Source: an uncultured Chloroflexia bacterium (GTDB taxonomy: Bacteria > Chloroflexota > Limnocylindria > Limnocylindrales > CSP1-4). From it: DNA of 28,050 nucleotides. The stretch covers positions 1-28,050 of the forward strand of contig CAVVCZ010000010.1 in assembly GCA_963746845.1 (NCBI GenBank), in the 5' to 3' direction. Shown here piece after piece: positions 26,536-28,050 of this stretch. Within the stretch, counting starts at the first letter, position 1. Each line of letters opens with the position of its first letter. The position numbers and the translations under genes were made by a program. The notes beneath the pieces are model-generated. The model saw only the letters and a list, made by a program, of their open reading frames with translations, was not told the DNA's origin and searched no databases.

Positions 26536-28050
26536 GTGGCTCACAGTCGCGTCCGCCGCCCCCGCTCCATCCGCCGCCACGCCCTGATCCCCATCGTGGC
26601 CGGGCTGGCGCTCGTCCCGCTGCTCGCGCCCGTCGGCCAGGCGGCCGATCAACCCATCCACGTGGTGACGCCCGCCGGGATCACGATCGACGGCGCGGTC
26701 ACGGACTGGGATCTCACGGCCGACGCGCTCGGGCCGATGTACGAGAGCGGCGACACGACCAAGCCGGTCCTCGCCCAATCGTTCGCCCGGTACGACTGCG
26801 GGACGAACACGCTCTATCTCCTCGTCCGGACTGCCCCGACGTTCTACCTGGTCCCGTCGCCGGACGACTCGTTCGTCAAGAGCGGCGACACCGTCCTCGT
26901 GGACGTCGCGACCGGCAACGACGGGACTCCCCCGGACGTCGCCGGCGTCCCGATCCAGACGGCCACGGCGGCCGCCTCCGGTGGACCGAGCACGTCTGCG
27001 GCACCGAACCCGACGGTTCCGCCACTTCCGTCCGGCGTTGCGCTGCCCTCCGGCGCCCCGAGCCTGACGGGCCTGCCCGTGCTCGGCGGCTTCGAGGCGT
27101 CGGCGCCACTCGCCGCGGGGACCGTCCCGCTCCAGATCCACGGCCTGGTGATCTCCGTCGTGGAGCGACGTGCCGCGATCTTCGACCTCACGACGTCGGC
27201 CGCCATCAACTGCGCGGCGCCGTCGCCGTCGGCGACACCGGTCCCGACGCCTTCGCCGACGCCCTCGCCGACCCCGACCGTCGCGCCGACGAAGACTCCT
27301 GCCCCGACCCCCACCCCGACACCGACGCCGTCGCCGACCCCCACCCCTTCGCCGACGCCCACCCCTTCGCCGACGCCGAGTGCAAGCCCGTCGCCATCGC
27401 CGAGCCCGTCGCCATCGCCGAGCCCGTCACCGTCGCCATCACCGTCTCCGAGCCCGTCAGCCTCGCCGTCGCCGAGCCCGTCGCCGTCGCCGAGCCCGTC
27501 ACCGTCGCCGAGCCCGTCGGCATCGCCGAGCCCGTCGCCGTCGGCCACACCACCGTCTCCTCCACTCGTTCGCGTGGCGATGGTGACCGTCGACGACCGC
27601 GGCACCGCCGACCGAGCGGACGATCTCCTGCTGGCCGGCGCCACGTATGCCGTCGCACCGGACAACGGCGACGGGGTGTTCCAGCGCGACCTCGACGGCC
27701 CGGTGCTCTTCCAGGTCTCCGACCCGAGCGGGATCGCCGTGCTCCGGGGCCTGCCGACAGCCACCTACTGGATCATCGAGACGGTGGCCCCACCCGGCTA
27801 CGCGCTCGCGAACGCGGCGCCGTTCCATCCGACCAGCCCGATCGCCGGCCAGGATTGCTTCAATGCCGGCACGCTCGTCTGCATCGCCGATCCGACGGGT
27901 GGCGGGATGACGACCGCGTTCTTCGTGAACACGCCCCTCCCGGCCACCTCCACTGCCAGCGACTACCAGAACCCGCTCGTCATCGTGCTGGCGGTCGTCG
28001 GGCTCGTCATCGTGATCGGTGGCGTCGCGTCGATGGTGCTTCGCCGCGAC
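26536..28050 (+). CDS. Cell-surface protein, 3'-incomplete (at least 505 aa): signal peptide, putative sugar-binding domain, Pro/Ser/Thr linker, SpaA/CnaB-like domain, LPxT sorting signal
   Basis: GAGGAGGAG RBS, GTG 26536 and an open frame to the window end; E-box-like [12 protein letters not shown] (27766-27801); LPATS (27937-27951) followed by a hydrophobic segment and RR. Confidence 0.85.
   Translation, partial: MAHSRVRRPRSIRRHALIPIVAGLALVPLLAPVGQAADQPIHVVTPAGITIDGAVTDWDLTADALGPMYESGDTTKPVLAQSFARYDCGTNTLYLLVRTAPTFYLVPSPDDSFVKSGDTVLVDVATGNDGTPPDVAGVPIQTATAAASGGPSTSAAPNPTVPPLPSGVALPSGAPSLTGLPVLGGFEASAPLAAGTVPLQIHGLVISVVERRAAIFDLTTSAAINCAAPSPSATPVPTPSPTPSPTPTVAPTKTPAPTPTPTPTPSPTPTPSPTPTPSPTPSASPSPSPSPSPSPSPSPSPSPSPSPSASPSPSPSPSPSPSPSPSPSASPSPSPSATPPSPPLVRVAMVTVDDRGTADRADDLLLAGATYAVAPDNGDGVFQRDLDGPVLFQVSDPSGIAVLRGLPTATYWIIETVAPPGYALANAAPFHPTSPIAGQDCFNAGTLVCIADPTGGGMTTAFFVNTPLPATSTASDYQNPLVIVLAVVGLVIVIGGVASMVLRRD
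27220..27564 (+). repeat. Low-complexity (PT)n/(PS)n coding tandem repeat, about 115 codons
   Basis: Iterated CCGTCG / CCGAGC / CCGACG / CCCACC units encoding [20 protein letters not shown]...SPSPSPS. Confidence 0.9.

Noticed and set aside
27220-27564. CRISPR or satellite array, and the antisense GDGDG ORF 26844..27764
   Set aside because: No spacers; it is a PT/PS linker-coding repeat and the antisense ORF is its mirror.

Overview
High-GC (roughly 70%) bacterial window, densely coding and mostly housekeeping or accessory metabolism. The protein families suggest Chloroflexota (possibly Limnocylindria-like) or Actinomycetota; this is inference only. The left part holds the end of a formate-dehydrogenase-type cluster (NuoF-like subunit with two frameshifts at the window edge, a stand-alone Fe-S subunit, fdhD), a CPT-family kinase, a PPOX enzyme, a divergent LysA-like decarboxylase, DUF2277, RlpA-like, AlkA-like, crcB-DUF190, TfoX-like, an exported protein, tRNA-Pro(CGG), an MFS, a receiver protein and an aldo/keto reductase. 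Next come an XRE-HTH/nuclease-like gene beside a 161-bp inverted-repeat element and a long minus-strand run: LLM oxidoreductase, lipoprotein, Lrp/AsnC, diguanylate cyclase, Cys/Met PLP enzyme, ResB, PucR-family regulator, type I glnA and type III GS. The window ends in an incomplete, probably sortase-anchored surface protein that the ORF track lacks. Best leads: (1) a PucR-family regulator with two 17-bp boxes around the promoter of a tandem GSI+GSIII operon, one box lying inside the regulator's own last codons; (2) the HTH-nuclease gene with its adjacent inverted-repeat element; (3) a LysA-fold enzyme whose canonical catalytic and substrate residues are replaced; (4) recurrent leaderless gene starts.
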